In this document: piece after piece, positions 11,873 through 22,339 of the stretch
Numbering within the stretch: position 1 is the first letter of the stretch
How the letters are laid out: each line of letters begins with the position of its first letter
Source of the DNA: Oopsacas minuta
Lineage: Eukaryota; Animalia; Porifera
NCBI GenBank assembly: GCA_024704765.1
Contig: JAKMXF010000210.1
Coordinates: 528,121 to 592,120, forward strand
Direction of reading: 5' to 3'
DNA length: 64,000 nt
Notes under the pieces: generated by a model
The model's database searches: none
What the model saw: the letters and a program-made list of their open reading frames with translations, nothing else
Told to the model about the DNA's origin: nothing
Made by a program: the position numbers and the translations under genes

Positions 11873-12949
11873 TCTAATCTAGATGTAATAAACTATCTCA
11901 TATTATTAGATTTATCGAATAATTGCAATTGTTTAGGTTCTCAGGCAAATGTGTATATTTGTTTGTTAATAATTTCTAATAATCCAACAGTTATTTGTAA
12001 ATGGAGGTTTGATAATTATATATCATATCCACTGCCTTATTTATACGTATATGTATATTTAATACCAGTTGATTGCCCCAATCCTATATTGGACTGCTAT
12101 ATTCTCCTGTGTGCTTAACCACCACTTAAAATTATATATTACGCACTACATCCTTCTAATCCATGATTTGGTTCGTATAAATAGTAGAAGTAAAGCTGTA
12201 TTTAAGTTATAATTGATTGACTTGGGCGGATTTCGAAGTTGATTTACTTGTTGGCGATGTGGACATCTGGTTAAGGTATATTTCACAACGGATGTGTGGT
12301 CATATTTTGTATAATATATTGTTGTCATACAGATCATACTGTCAAATTGTTAGTGACAATATGATAAATTAGATTATTTTATTGTTTGTCTTTCCTCAAC
12401 CATTAAACAATTAATTACATTTCCCTAGAATGAGCTACAACTTTCCTCATATTCAATCTAAGGTAGATTGAATTAGACTACACGTATTACTCTATCAGAC
12501 ATTTCTTCTACAAATCTATCTAATCCATATTATATACGTATAGCTAGCACTACATTATCATTTGTTCTAATTCTGCAACTGCCAGCATAGTAGAGTTCTC
12601 CTAATAATGTACTAATTAAACTCTTTACATTTTAGATTGCTAGTTTAGTCAAGAAATACACAAAATTAGTACATTCACTTCTCATTATCTTCCTGCCTTT
12701 GTGCAATACCATATATGCAAAATCTATTAATTTATTGAAACATGATGATTTCCTTTCTGATAAACAGTACAGTATACCAATGATAGCTTGCAATTATAAG
12801 TAATCTGATAATTTACATATTAAATATTTGGTCTCAAAGCGAATTTGAATTCTACTTTGTCTCTTCAACTCAAATTACGGAAAAATTACTTACTTTATGA
12901 TTCATATCCTTTAAAATTAATCATCGTATGGCCAAATTAGAACATTGTT

Positions 12950-13717
12950 ATGGCAGGGATTAGCAAGGAAACTTCCCTTACTACTTGCAAGGACAAGTTC
13001 CCAATAAGTGACGTGGTAGAATCTGATATTTTCCCAGATCTAGCTACCAATACCTTCAAAAGTCAGAAGGATGTTTCAGTTGGTAAATATGATAGCAGTT
13101 TAGGTTTAATTGAAATAACGAAATCGAAAGGTTCTGCCTGGAGGAATATTGGAGGCAATGTGGGTTCTAAGTTGTACTTGTTCCCTGAGGAAGCTCTCTT
13201 CCTTTTTGAATGCAACAAACTTCAAATATATGGGGAGTCAGAACTACTCTCAAGCGAAGATATTTGGAGTGCTTTGTGCCCGAGTAAGCAAGCATTCAAC
13301 AAGTATATTGCATATGCTCAGTTGAAAAGGATGGGATATATTGTTATTAGACATGGGGCATATAAATCTACACATCAAAATATATACACGGAGTATATTA
13401 TTAATAATAAAGGCAATGTGCAAGTTGGGTTGGACGCTCCAGCCAAAAGAAGTAAACTTGATTATGACGAACAGGCTGAGTCTAAGAACTCTGATTTCCC
13501 TACACCTTCATTTGACCTATATCAAGCTGGGGAATATTACATGAAAACTGCTCTCCTTAAGCCTGATAATTCTATCGCTGTGGTGGCTAGCTCGGAACCA
13601 TTTCCATCGAAAGACATGATGGACAAACTCAGTCTTCATCCGAATCTGTTATTAGCCCTGGTTACCGAATGTAATGCAAATATATTTTCTTTTCAAGGTG
13701 GATTGGAGTCTATTTAG
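12950..13717 (+). CDS. TSEN54: tRNA-splicing endonuclease subunit Sen54-like
   Basis: ORF of 255 aa. The N-terminal block WRNIGGNVGSKLYLFPEEALFLFECNKLQIY...AYAQLKRMGYIVIRH and the C-terminal block FDLYQAGEYYMK...LLLALVTECNANIFSFQ match the two conserved Sen54 ends. Confidence 0.6.
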   Translation: MAGISKETSLTTCKDKFPISDVVESDIFPDLATNTFKSQKDVSVGKYDSSLGLIEITKSKGSAWRNIGGNVGSKLYLFPEEALFLFECNKLQIYGESELLSSEDIWSALCPSKQAFNKYIAYAQLKRMGYIVIRHGAYKSTHQNIYTEYIINNKGNVQVGLDAPAKRSKLDYDEQAESKNSDFPTPSFDLYQAGEYYMKTALLKPDNSIAVVASSEPFPSKDMMDKLSLHPNLLLALVTECNANIFSFQGGLESI

Positions 13718-13899
13718 CTTACTAATCCAATATCCATTGTATTAATTGTCAATTCATTGAATACTTATTTTGAACTAACATGCTTCACTTACTAGGTCGC
13801 TGTACGACAGCTTGGAGCGTCCGATTTAGCTTAAGTAGGAAACACAGTCAAGTATTATGAAATGCTCAAAAATTTCGAATTTTGTTTGTATTTATCGTA

Positions 13900-13957
13900 C
13901 CATCATGATGACGTAATAATCCCATGATGGGTTAGTCTTTGGACAAGATCATGACGT
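13900..13957. promoter_or_regulatory. pair of CRE-like TGACGT half-sites (TGACGTAA at 13909-13916, TGACGT at 13952-13957) within inverted CCATCATGATG/CATGATGG repeats
   Basis: Read from the sequence. It sits 100-150 bp upstream of the ATG at 14054. Function is inferred. Confidence 0.25.
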
Positions 13958-14053
13958 TAGAACATGTGGCATATTGAGGAGTATCTATGATTCAAATTTC
14001 AACCATCTAACATATATATTGGGTATTTATCAGCACAAATATTTACTGTCTCA

Positions 14054-15013
14054 TTGCCGCTTAGAATGTTAGTTAATGTCAAAATTATTAAAGGTGAAGA
14101 GATCTCAGTCAATGTTTCGGAAAATGCAACTGTTGCAGAATTGAAAGAAGAGATTTCAAATTTCCTCTCACATCCAGTTTCACAAATTAAAGTACTCAAA
14201 CCAAGCGGGGGGGTTCTCCCTGCAAGCTCGCTTGTCACTGATATTTACTCACATCCAACTCCGCTAAAAGTCATTTTAGGCGTCGATACAGACCACATTT
14301 CCATAAAAACTAAATTGCTGAATAGTTCCTCAGAACACTCACTTTCTTTTCCATCGAATACTCTCCTTACTACTTTCAAAGAAAAGGTTTCTTACATGCA
14401 TGGCATAGACAAATCTGTTCTTAGCTTCCTTCACAATGGACTAGCTCTCACTAAAGATAATTTAACTCTGAAAGTTTTGAATATACGGAATGGTGCTACA
14501 ATTATGCTAAAACAGAAGAAACCCGCTAAGGACTTATCTTTAAATATTTGTGCAGCCAACGGTTTGCATTTCCAACTCTCTCTCTCTGCAGCAACTACTT
14601 TATCAGAACTTAGAAAGATAATTTCCTCTAAACTTCAGACAAATGTTGATAACATTCATATACGGAAATCTGAAATATCTCTCACTGATGATAACAAAAA
14701 TTTGAGAGATTACGAAATTGAAGATGGACACAATATCCATGTTTTCCTCGATAATGATTATCCTAATGGAACTGTATCTGCTACTACTTCTAGTGAAGTT
14801 CTAACTGATATCAATATTAGGGCGAAATCACCTAATGATTTGGAACATCCTTTCTTCACAGAAATGGACAATATACTCACTAAACATATACCAGATGAGA
14901 GAGAACGTGTACGAGTAATGGAACATTTCTGCCAACACACAACTGCATACGTTAACTCTCTCAACCTGGAAGATATTGAGGAAATGACTCCTGATAGAAA
15001 CTTAACTAATTAG
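14054..15013 (+). CDS. protein with tandem ubiquitin-like domains
   Basis: Intronless ORF of 319 aa. It has at least two beta-grasp/UBL-like segments (MLVNVKIIKGEEISVNVSENATVAELKEEI...; LSLNICAANGLHFQLSLSAATTLSELRKIISSKLQ...IHIRKSEISLTDDNKNLRDYEIEDGHNIHVF). No closer family assignment is possible. Confidence 0.45.
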   Translation: MPLRMLVNVKIIKGEEISVNVSENATVAELKEEISNFLSHPVSQIKVLKPSGGVLPASSLVTDIYSHPTPLKVILGVDTDHISIKTKLLNSSSEHSLSFPSNTLLTTFKEKVSYMHGIDKSVLSFLHNGLALTKDNLTLKVLNIRNGATIMLKQKKPAKDLSLNICAANGLHFQLSLSAATTLSELRKIISSKLQTNVDNIHIRKSEISLTDDNKNLRDYEIEDGHNIHVFLDNDYPNGTVSATTSSEVLTDINIRAKSPNDLEHPFFTEMDNILTKHIPDERERVRVMEHFCQHTTAYVNSLNLEDIEEMTPDRNLTN

Positions 15014-15431
15014 CATCAAGATGAAACTTACAGCACTCTCACAAAGAGTTAAATGTCTTCAAATTTGTAAATTTGACACTGAATTAAATTTATAGATTCG
15101 CAGAAGTAAGCTTTAAAATAGATAATAAATAATTCTCTTTCTGTTCTAGTTATTGCAATACCCACTCGATACATTTTGTAGACCTAATCTCAATATATTC
15201 GTAGAATCCATATGTTATTTAATAAACCAAAGTTATTTGCGCTAAGATGTCTTGTTTGCATATATTTATTGTATTAACCACTGTAAATTGTAGATTGTAC
15301 AAATGAAACGACTGTCTATTTTGAAAATCATATGGAATACTGCATTAATAGCTGAACTGAGAGTTCATTACGAATCTTATTAATTGTGTTTTGAATTAAT
15401 TATATTAATTGCGATAAGATAGTTAATATTT

Positions 15432-16700
15432 ATGGCTGAAGCATCTGGGCAATCAGCAAAAATAAATGGTAACAGCGTTCAGGATCATACTACAACTGAA
15501 TTGGTAGTTGTAGATAAACTAAAGAAAAGAAAAGCACCTAGAGTATTGGGTAATAAGATCCCTCAGGAGATTTTAAATGACAAGGAACTTAATGAAGCGA
15601 TCAAGGCACTGCCTTATAATTATAATTTTGAAATTCATAAGACTATTTGGCATGTCCGTAAGAATAACTCTATCTGTGTAGCTCTACAGTTTCCAGAGGG
15701 GTTGTTAATGTATGGTTGCGTCATTTCGAGTATCATACACAAATTTACTTCTGCTGAAACTTTGATATTAGGTGACGTCACTTACGGAGCATGTTGTGTT
15801 GATGATTTCACTGCCAGAGCTCTTGGAGCTGATATGCTGGTGCATTATGGTCATAGTTGTCTCATTCCTATCGATACTACTCTGATTAAGATGCTGTATG
15901 TTTTTGTTGATATCCAAATTGATATCAAACATTTTATCGAGACTGTGAAGGTCAATTTCGAACTAGGTCAAAGGCTAGCTTTGTGTGGTACAATTCAGTT
16001 TATTTCCAGCCTCCAAGCTTCCACTCAGGAGCTACAGACTGATTTTCAGATCTCCATACCTCAGGTCAAACCCTTATCTCCTGGAGAGCTACTAGGTTGT
16101 ACATCTCCTAGATTGAATCATGAGTTAGTTGATGCAATAGTATATTTAGCTGATGGAAGGTTCCATTTAGAATCCATGATGATATCAAATCCTAGTATCC
16201 CTGCTTTCATGTACAATCCTTATGATAAGAAGTTCACCAAGGAGTCTTATGACCACAGCCAAATGCAGGCATTGAGAAAGGAAGCGATTAGTTGTGCTGT
16301 GAATGCGAAAACCTTTGGAGTAATATTCGGTACTTTAGGTCGCCAGGGAAGCCATGCAATACTCAACCAGCTTATTATGCGATTGGAAAAGAACGACAAG
16401 AAATATATAGTGATTGCTCTATCTGAAATTACTCAGGAAAAATTAGATCCGTTTGAAGAGATTGATGTGTTTGTCCAAACATCTTGCCCTAGATTATCCA
16501 TTGACTGGGGCTCACAATTCAATAAACCTCTGCTAACTCCTTACGAGCTCTCTGTGGCCTTTGACACTATAAAGTGGCAGACCGTATATCCAATGGATTT
16601 CTACGCGAATGACAGTCTTGGTCCTTGGACTGTTAAAAATCAGGAAAACCGAAATATTCGACAGACTCACAAACCTAAATCATCAATTCAACCTACCTAG
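15432..16700 (+). CDS. DPH1: diphthamide biosynthesis protein 1 (2-(3-amino-3-carboxypropyl)histidine synthase subunit 1)
   Basis: Intronless ORF of 422 aa with long collinear identity to DPH1: [11 protein letters not shown]...[16 protein letters not shown]...[35 protein letters not shown]...GCTSPRL...[11 protein letters not shown]...GTLGRQGS...CPRLSIDWG...PLLTPYE...[14 protein letters not shown]. Confidence 0.9.
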   Translation: MAEASGQSAKINGNSVQDHTTTELVVVDKLKKRKAPRVLGNKIPQEILNDKELNEAIKALPYNYNFEIHKTIWHVRKNNSICVALQFPEGLLMYGCVISSIIHKFTSAETLILGDVTYGACCVDDFTARALGADMLVHYGHSCLIPIDTTLIKMLYVFVDIQIDIKHFIETVKVNFELGQRLALCGTIQFISSLQASTQELQTDFQISIPQVKPLSPGELLGCTSPRLNHELVDAIVYLADGRFHLESMMISNPSIPAFMYNPYDKKFTKESYDHSQMQALRKEAISCAVNAKTFGVIFGTLGRQGSHAILNQLIMRLEKNDKKYIVIALSEITQEKLDPFEEIDVFVQTSCPRLSIDWGSQFNKPLLTPYELSVAFDTIKWQTVYPMDFYANDSLGPWTVKNQENRNIRQTHKPKSSIQPT

Positions 16701-16943
16701 GTTCTAGTGGTCAAATTGCTTTATAGTTTTGTAATTTATATTTCAAAGTTTATCAAATTATTTGGACAAAGATACACTGACAATTTTACACATGTTTAAT
16801 AAATATATATAAATTAATATAAGAAGAATACACCAGCTGGTTACTAATAGCTAATAAATCCCAGCAAAAGCTATGCAAATTAATGGAGGTTATGAACTTA
16901 GGGTAATGTAAATGAGATGAATAGAGAGGTAGTAGTAGGCCGG

Positions 16944-19868
16944 TTAGTCTTTGTTCATTCTGTCTCCAAACAAGTTCACTGCCTTCTCCAGCTTGGTAAT
17001 TCTTTTATTGATATCATTTTCAACTGATACTATCTGTTCAGTTGCTCGCAGGTTTTGCCTTTCATCTCCCTCAACACGCTTAACGCAGTTGTTGATTTCC
17101 TTCAGCTGTCTATCTGTCTCATTATGGTTGGCTTGTGATTGAGCACTCAGCGTATCGATCTTCCTCGCAGCAGCAATAGTTTCTTTATCTTTATCTTCTC
17201 CATGTCCTAATTTCCTTAGTTCTTCATTTATCTCGAGTTTGTGCTTTCTCTGTTCCGACTGCACTTCATTCAACTTTAGAGCCAAATCTGCTTCTAGCGT
17301 ATCCACTTTCCTCATTAGCTCTTGTACATTTACCTCAATTTTCACGTGTGCATTCGTTACCTTGTTCACTTCAAATACCACACGATCCATCTCATCTTTT
17401 AGATCTAGTCCTCCAACCTGTGATACCTTCTGGTTTACGATTATAACTTCTTTGTGCACGTCATCAATTCGTCTGTTTGTATCATTCTGTCCCTCTGTAA
17501 GAATTTCAAGCATATCCCTCAAGGCATCAAACCTCTTGTCTAGTGCGTATATCCCAGCATTGAGGGCATCTTCTATTTGAGCAGAAATTGAATCGTGCTT
17601 ATCTCTCCCCTCCAAACACTGATCATCCTCCGCCATATACTTATCCCAATAGTAGAATGGTATGGATATTACCTCCAGGTCCTTCATCATCCTCCTTCTC
17701 ATAAAAGAGAGAATCGAGACTATAGAGCGTCTCTCGATGTGAACAATTACGTCCAGCTTGTATTGGTGTGGAAGTCCGAATGCTTCGCTGTAAGCGTGCA
17801 CGAATTGAGCATTCAGAACTCCAGCCAACAAGAGCCAGGCGAAAAACGCCAAACTTGCTAAGATTAACAATACAACGAACTTAGCACTCGTGGGACCGAC
17901 AATTGGGACTGCTAACAACGTCTGATCAAGGACAGTGAAGATACTGCCTTGAGCATTGCCTTCCAAAAAGTCGTACATTGTTTCGGAAGATTGCTGATAC
18001 TGAAGACTTGGGAAGATGGCTACATAGAATCCAAGGATTATTATGAACAGGATAAAGATTAGCTTCAGATACTGTCCTGTGAAGAGTTTTAGAATTCCCC
18101 CAGTGTATCTGCCGTGGCAAGAGAAATACATGGTAGCTTTGAAAAAACGTAGATAATTGATGAGTAGGACTATTGAGGCCAGTAAATACTGAGCCTGAGT
18201 GTTGAGGGCCCAGAAGGGAATCAGCAAAATTAGACTTACGCTGCCCAGCACATCAATAACGTTACGGATGTCACAGTAGTACACAGATATACTTTTACTA
18301 ATATTTTTCAGTTTTCGGAAAAACGCACGAATTGCTTTCCCAAACTTAAAGCAGACACCTGGACAGCAAAAACGAAGGCCTTTGTTCATCCTAAGCCAGG
18401 TTTCCTTCCTCTCTAGCTCAGAGTAAGCAGTGTATGTCGAGATGAGTTGTTCCATAACAGATACCAAGATATAACCAATAACCATTATGATCAGAAATAT
18501 TTGGCACACCAATCGGAAGAGATTTGCTGATGACTCAAATGCTGTTGCATTCGGTGCATACGCCCTATGGATGATGGTGAACGTCAAGAAGAAAAGGAAG
18601 ATGAGATAATAGATTAGGCAGAACCAAGGGTAAAAAGAGTAGACTGGGAATTTTCCATCTGCATATGCCTTGATTAGAGGATGGTTAACCAACTCAGAGG
18701 CTTTGTCAGTTGAGATACGATTCAGTAAAGTAGGTGACGTCATTGTCCAATGGTACCCGGGGATTTCTTGAGACTCTAGGATTCCAGGGCGTAGTTGTAC
18801 CTTCTTACTTCCCTGTTTCTGATCAACTTGTTTGTCAAACACGATCTTGAGTGTGTGGTAGCATTTCAGATTGTAGAGACAGTGTGCAAGGGTTGTACCT
18901 TTGAAATATCGAGTACTGAGTTGTTCTTGTAGCAGCTCGTTCGGTATTGTGTAGAGTAAATGGGCTAACATGTTGTCTTTCCCTGCTAACATCAAAACTT
19001 CTATTGCGTTCAAGTTATATGATGACATAGGTTCGAATATCTGGGACTCAATATCTGACTGGTCTAGCTGTTTCAAGAGGACAAGCATCGCTTCGTAGTT
19101 TCCATTCCACGCGGAAAGGAATAGAGCAGAGTATCCGCTACCACCAGAAGATACCTGTTCTTCTTCATCCGATTTCTCTACAACATCTCCTGTCAATTCG
19201 CTTAGCAACTTGTCATAGGATTCTAGTTTGTATCTGATAGTTGGATCACTTCCTGATTTCAGAAGGAGATTGCAAAGCAGTTCGTTTCCACTAATGCAAG
19301 CATAGGAGAATGCGTTGTGTCCATCTTGATCTACAGCATCTATTTCGGAAATTCTTGAAAGTAGGAATTTTGTAGAATTTATTTTTTCGTTCTTAACAGC
19401 TGCAATGAGTGGCGTTTGTTCGAGGTCATTTTTCTGATTCACATCTAATTGATCCTCACACTCTTCTACAAGATAGTCTATTAGCTTTAGATTATCAGAA
19501 ATAGCTGCAAAGTGTAGGAGATTATTCCCTGCAGTGTCTTTTACATCTGGGCTTAGTTTTTTGGAGTTTATGATAAGGACTACTACTTGCATATGCCCAG
19601 CTTTGGTAGCCTCTATAAGACATTCAGGTTCTAGGTCGTCTTCTCCATTTACTGCATCGCTAATTGCTGCAATCTTCCCTAGTCTAGCAGCACGAACCAA
19701 CTCGCTTTCTTGCGGCTTTTCCTCTTTTTCTTCAATGCCAATTGGGGAGGGGGTTTTCCTGTCACCGTCGAAAACCGTCTCTTGTATTTGATCTTTATCG
19801 GGTTCTCCCTTCTTATCATCATCTTCCTTAGCGGCTAGCTGTACGTATTCTTTGGATGTACTTGTCAT
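16944..19868 (-). CDS. ankyrin-repeat, multi-TM (TRP-channel-like) protein with a long C-terminal coiled coil
   Basis: Intronless ORF of 974 aa. It has N-terminal ANK repeats (GHMQVVVLIINSK..., GNNLLHFAAISDNLKLIDYLV..., QTPLIAAVKNEKINSTKFLL..., GHNAFSYACISGNELLCNLLL), a central block of about 6 hydrophobic helices, and a C-terminal heptad-rich region of roughly 200 aa. TRP-family assignment is by architecture only. Confidence 0.6.
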   Translation of the reverse strand: MTSTSKEYVQLAAKEDDDKKGEPDKDQIQETVFDGDRKTPSPIGIEEKEEKPQESELVRAARLGKIAAISDAVNGEDDLEPECLIEATKAGHMQVVVLIINSKKLSPDVKDTAGNNLLHFAAISDNLKLIDYLVEECEDQLDVNQKNDLEQTPLIAAVKNEKINSTKFLLSRISEIDAVDQDGHNAFSYACISGNELLCNLLLKSGSDPTIRYKLESYDKLLSELTGDVVEKSDEEEQVSSGGSGYSALFLSAWNGNYEAMLVLLKQLDQSDIESQIFEPMSSYNLNAIEVLMLAGKDNMLAHLLYTIPNELLQEQLSTRYFKGTTLAHCLYNLKCYHTLKIVFDKQVDQKQGSKKVQLRPGILESQEIPGYHWTMTSPTLLNRISTDKASELVNHPLIKAYADGKFPVYSFYPWFCLIYYLIFLFFLTFTIIHRAYAPNATAFESSANLFRLVCQIFLIIMVIGYILVSVMEQLISTYTAYSELERKETWLRMNKGLRFCCPGVCFKFGKAIRAFFRKLKNISKSISVYYCDIRNVIDVLGSVSLILLIPFWALNTQAQYLLASIVLLINYLRFFKATMYFSCHGRYTGGILKLFTGQYLKLIFILFIIILGFYVAIFPSLQYQQSSETMYDFLEGNAQGSIFTVLDQTLLAVPIVGPTSAKFVVLLILASLAFFAWLLLAGVLNAQFVHAYSEAFGLPHQYKLDVIVHIERRSIVSILSFMRRRMMKDLEVISIPFYYWDKYMAEDDQCLEGRDKHDSISAQIEDALNAGIYALDKRFDALRDMLEILTEGQNDTNRRIDDVHKEVIIVNQKVSQVGGLDLKDEMDRVVFEVNKVTNAHVKIEVNVQELMRKVDTLEADLALKLNEVQSEQRKHKLEINEELRKLGHGEDKDKETIAAARKIDTLSAQSQANHNETDRQLKEINNCVKRVEGDERQNLRATEQIVSVENDINKRITKLEKAVNLFGDRMNKD

Positions 19869-20729
19869 TATTTCAAAGTATGGATTTGAAGATGTAATAC
19901 TATTTGTGGAAAATCGTGCCTTTTATGCATTCTTGCCTGTTTAATCAATGCATATACTTTAGTGTAAAATTTGCAATTATCTCCCTTTATGTCAATCTAG
20001 CATGTCTATCGCACATAACTTCGACCACTGTAGTCTGAATGCTGAATTTGTTAGCCACATTGATCAATTTACAATCACTATAAGAGTAGTATTAGGTCAC
20101 CTTGTGAAGATATCTCTTTTGATTGTATTGCCGATTGTCGATTGCTCAGATAATTGAACAATTTTATTACCATCAAATCTATAAGCAATTATTATTCAAA
20201 TTTACTTTGAGGTGTTCAGCTTGAGTGTTAATTCAACTTTTCAGGTGTTCAAATAGGAATAAAATGCAAATTTGTTTGGCTCTGCAATCATTGCTTTAAT
20301 TTTTTCGTTTGCATTCTATAAAGCTCTCTGCCATCAGCTAATATTTGTGGCATGTGCTTCCATCTGTTTGTAATTTTGTCACTATGAACTTGCAGATATT
20401 GAACAGTTCTTTTGCAATTCAGTTAGTTTTTGAATTAGGCTTTATGTAGTTTGTATTAAATTTGAATGCGATTTCTTTTACACTGAACAAATAAGCCATT
20501 GAATCAATTATAATACCCTCTATCGATGTATAACTCATTGTTCTTATAGGGCTTTAATTAATTAATTATTTTTATCCCAGTTTATTTAGTAATTAATATA
20601 TCCACAGTAGTTAAGTAACATTTATTATGTCTCTTTGGTGTATGCGTTGCATTGATTATTCACTAATTACAATTCCATATTATAATCTAGCTATTCTAAT
20701 TTTATTTTCTTCTCATAATATTCTTACTC

Positions 20730-21921
20730 ATGTCTTCGAGGAATGGTATTGGTCCAAATAGGATATGCCAGTTCAAGCTGGTATTACTCGGTATGTGTAT
20801 ATTGGATTTGATTGAATGTGACGATTGTATGCTACGCTTCCTTTGTTTTGGTTAGGAGAATCAGCTGTGGGAAAATCTTCATTAGTCCTGAGGTTCGTCA
20901 AAGGGCAATTTCATGAATATCAGGAAAGTACAATTGGCGGTGAGTTCTTTTTCCTGTCACTTTTATGAATTATTTTACATAGTTATTTTGTTTTTATCTT
21001 CTTTAGCTGCCTTCTTGACGCAGACAGTTAATTCAGATGATGTGACTGTTAAATTCGAAATCTGGGATACAGCGGGCCAAGAAAATATCCTCCCAACGCG
21101 TTATTTATACTTATAGTTTACAAATATTATGATTACGTATTTAGTTTTGATGAGTTGTAGGTAAAAATGGCACCTGTACCATCCTACATAATTCAAAACT
21201 ATCACCATTTTCGTTTTCCGCTGAGATCGAAATAATATCGAAATTTGGCTAAATATATTTATTATAGTAATTGTTTGATTCTATTTTCCTAAACTCGGTG
21301 TAAGGTTCCATTCCCTCGCCCCAATGTATTACAGAGGAGCCCAAGCTGCTATCGTAGTGTACGATATCACAAATGTCGTAAGTATAAGTTTTATCTACAG
21401 CTCTGATCCTTTTTGTAATTTATCTTCCTGTGTGTTTCTATAGGATACATTCACAAGAGCGAAAAATTGGGTAAAAGAATTACAGCGTCAGGCAAACCCT
21501 GATATTGTAATCGCTTTAGCAGGGAACAAGGTAGATTTGGCAGGCAAGAGATCTGTAGAATTCACAGTAAGTAACTACCTTGATTCTATCAAACAAGTAT
21601 TTATCTCATATATTAATCCATTCTGTTTGATCACAGGACGCGCAGAGTTACGCTGACGATAACTCGCTCCTTTTCATGGAGACGTCGGCCAAGACAGCTC
21701 TTAATGTAAATGAAATGTTTGTCTCAATCGGTGAGTTCATTCGCTAGATATAATTTGAGTTATCAATAATTAAATTTAATAATTTCTTAGCAAAGAGATT
21801 ACCCAAAAATGAACCAGCACCACGACCTCCCGGTCTGAGTCAAGTGGGTGGAGCAGGCACATCATTCCCACTTCACAAAAGTGGCAAGAAATCAAAAGAA
21901 GGGTGTTGCAATAAGCAATAA
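20730..21921 (+). CDS. RAB5: Rab5 small GTPase, 7 exons, 214 aa
   Basis: Exons 20730-20790, 20856-20939, 21007-21084, 21304-21377, 21444-21566, 21637-21730 and 21791-21921. They total 645 nt, in frame. Translation: [180 protein letters not shown]...GCCNKQ. Five introns are GT-AG; intron 3 is noncanonical. Confidence 0.9.
21085..21303 (+). other. putative U12-type (minor-spliceosome) intron in Rab5 with AT..AA termini
   Basis: The 5' end ATATCCTC matches the U12 donor consensus RTATCCTT exactly where the Rab5 frame requires a splice. TTTTCCTAAAC, about 10 nt before the 3' end, matches the U12 branch consensus TCCTTAAC. Only AT(21085)...AA(21303) termini keep the conserved frame TAGQE|[13 protein letters not shown]; the adjacent AG acceptor would frameshift. 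Confidence 0.5.
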
Positions 21922-22339
21922 TTATCTCAGATAGACAATACTGTAACTATGTGTATAATACCAATTTACATTAACTTTGTCCCTATGATTGATTTCGCAT
22001 GCCGTGAGCACGAAATTGAATAGATGTTCGTGCTTTCTCCTAATATATTGCTAATTATATTTGTTTGTTTGTTTGGTCCTGTTCATTGAGGTATATTATA
22101 ATCAAGTATTGTACTCCTGTCTCAGTTATTGAGTTTTATAGTATTTTTATACAAACAAATAGCACTAATTAAACTCAATGTTGTCAATTATTCGTTTCTG
22201 TAGGGATTGTCATAGAAAATACGTCGCAGGTCTTGATATACATATATTCATGGCCTGTTAATTGTGTATGTTAGAATTCATTTAATTATTTCAATACGAG
22301 TAATTTGATATTTTTATTTCCATCACACAAGTATAGAGA

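Noticed and set aside
17239-17861. Plus-strand ORFs (113 and 88 aa) inside the minus-strand ankyrin/TM gene
   Set aside because: They are antisense to a long, well-supported CDS. They are low-complexity (Ser/Phe/Thr runs) with no recognisable domains, and are typical antisense-frame artefacts.
21303-21304. Canonical AG acceptor for Rab5 intron 3
   Set aside because: Using it shifts the reading frame and destroys the conserved [13 protein letters not shown] block. The AT-AA U12 reading is the only frame-preserving solution with the observed sequence.
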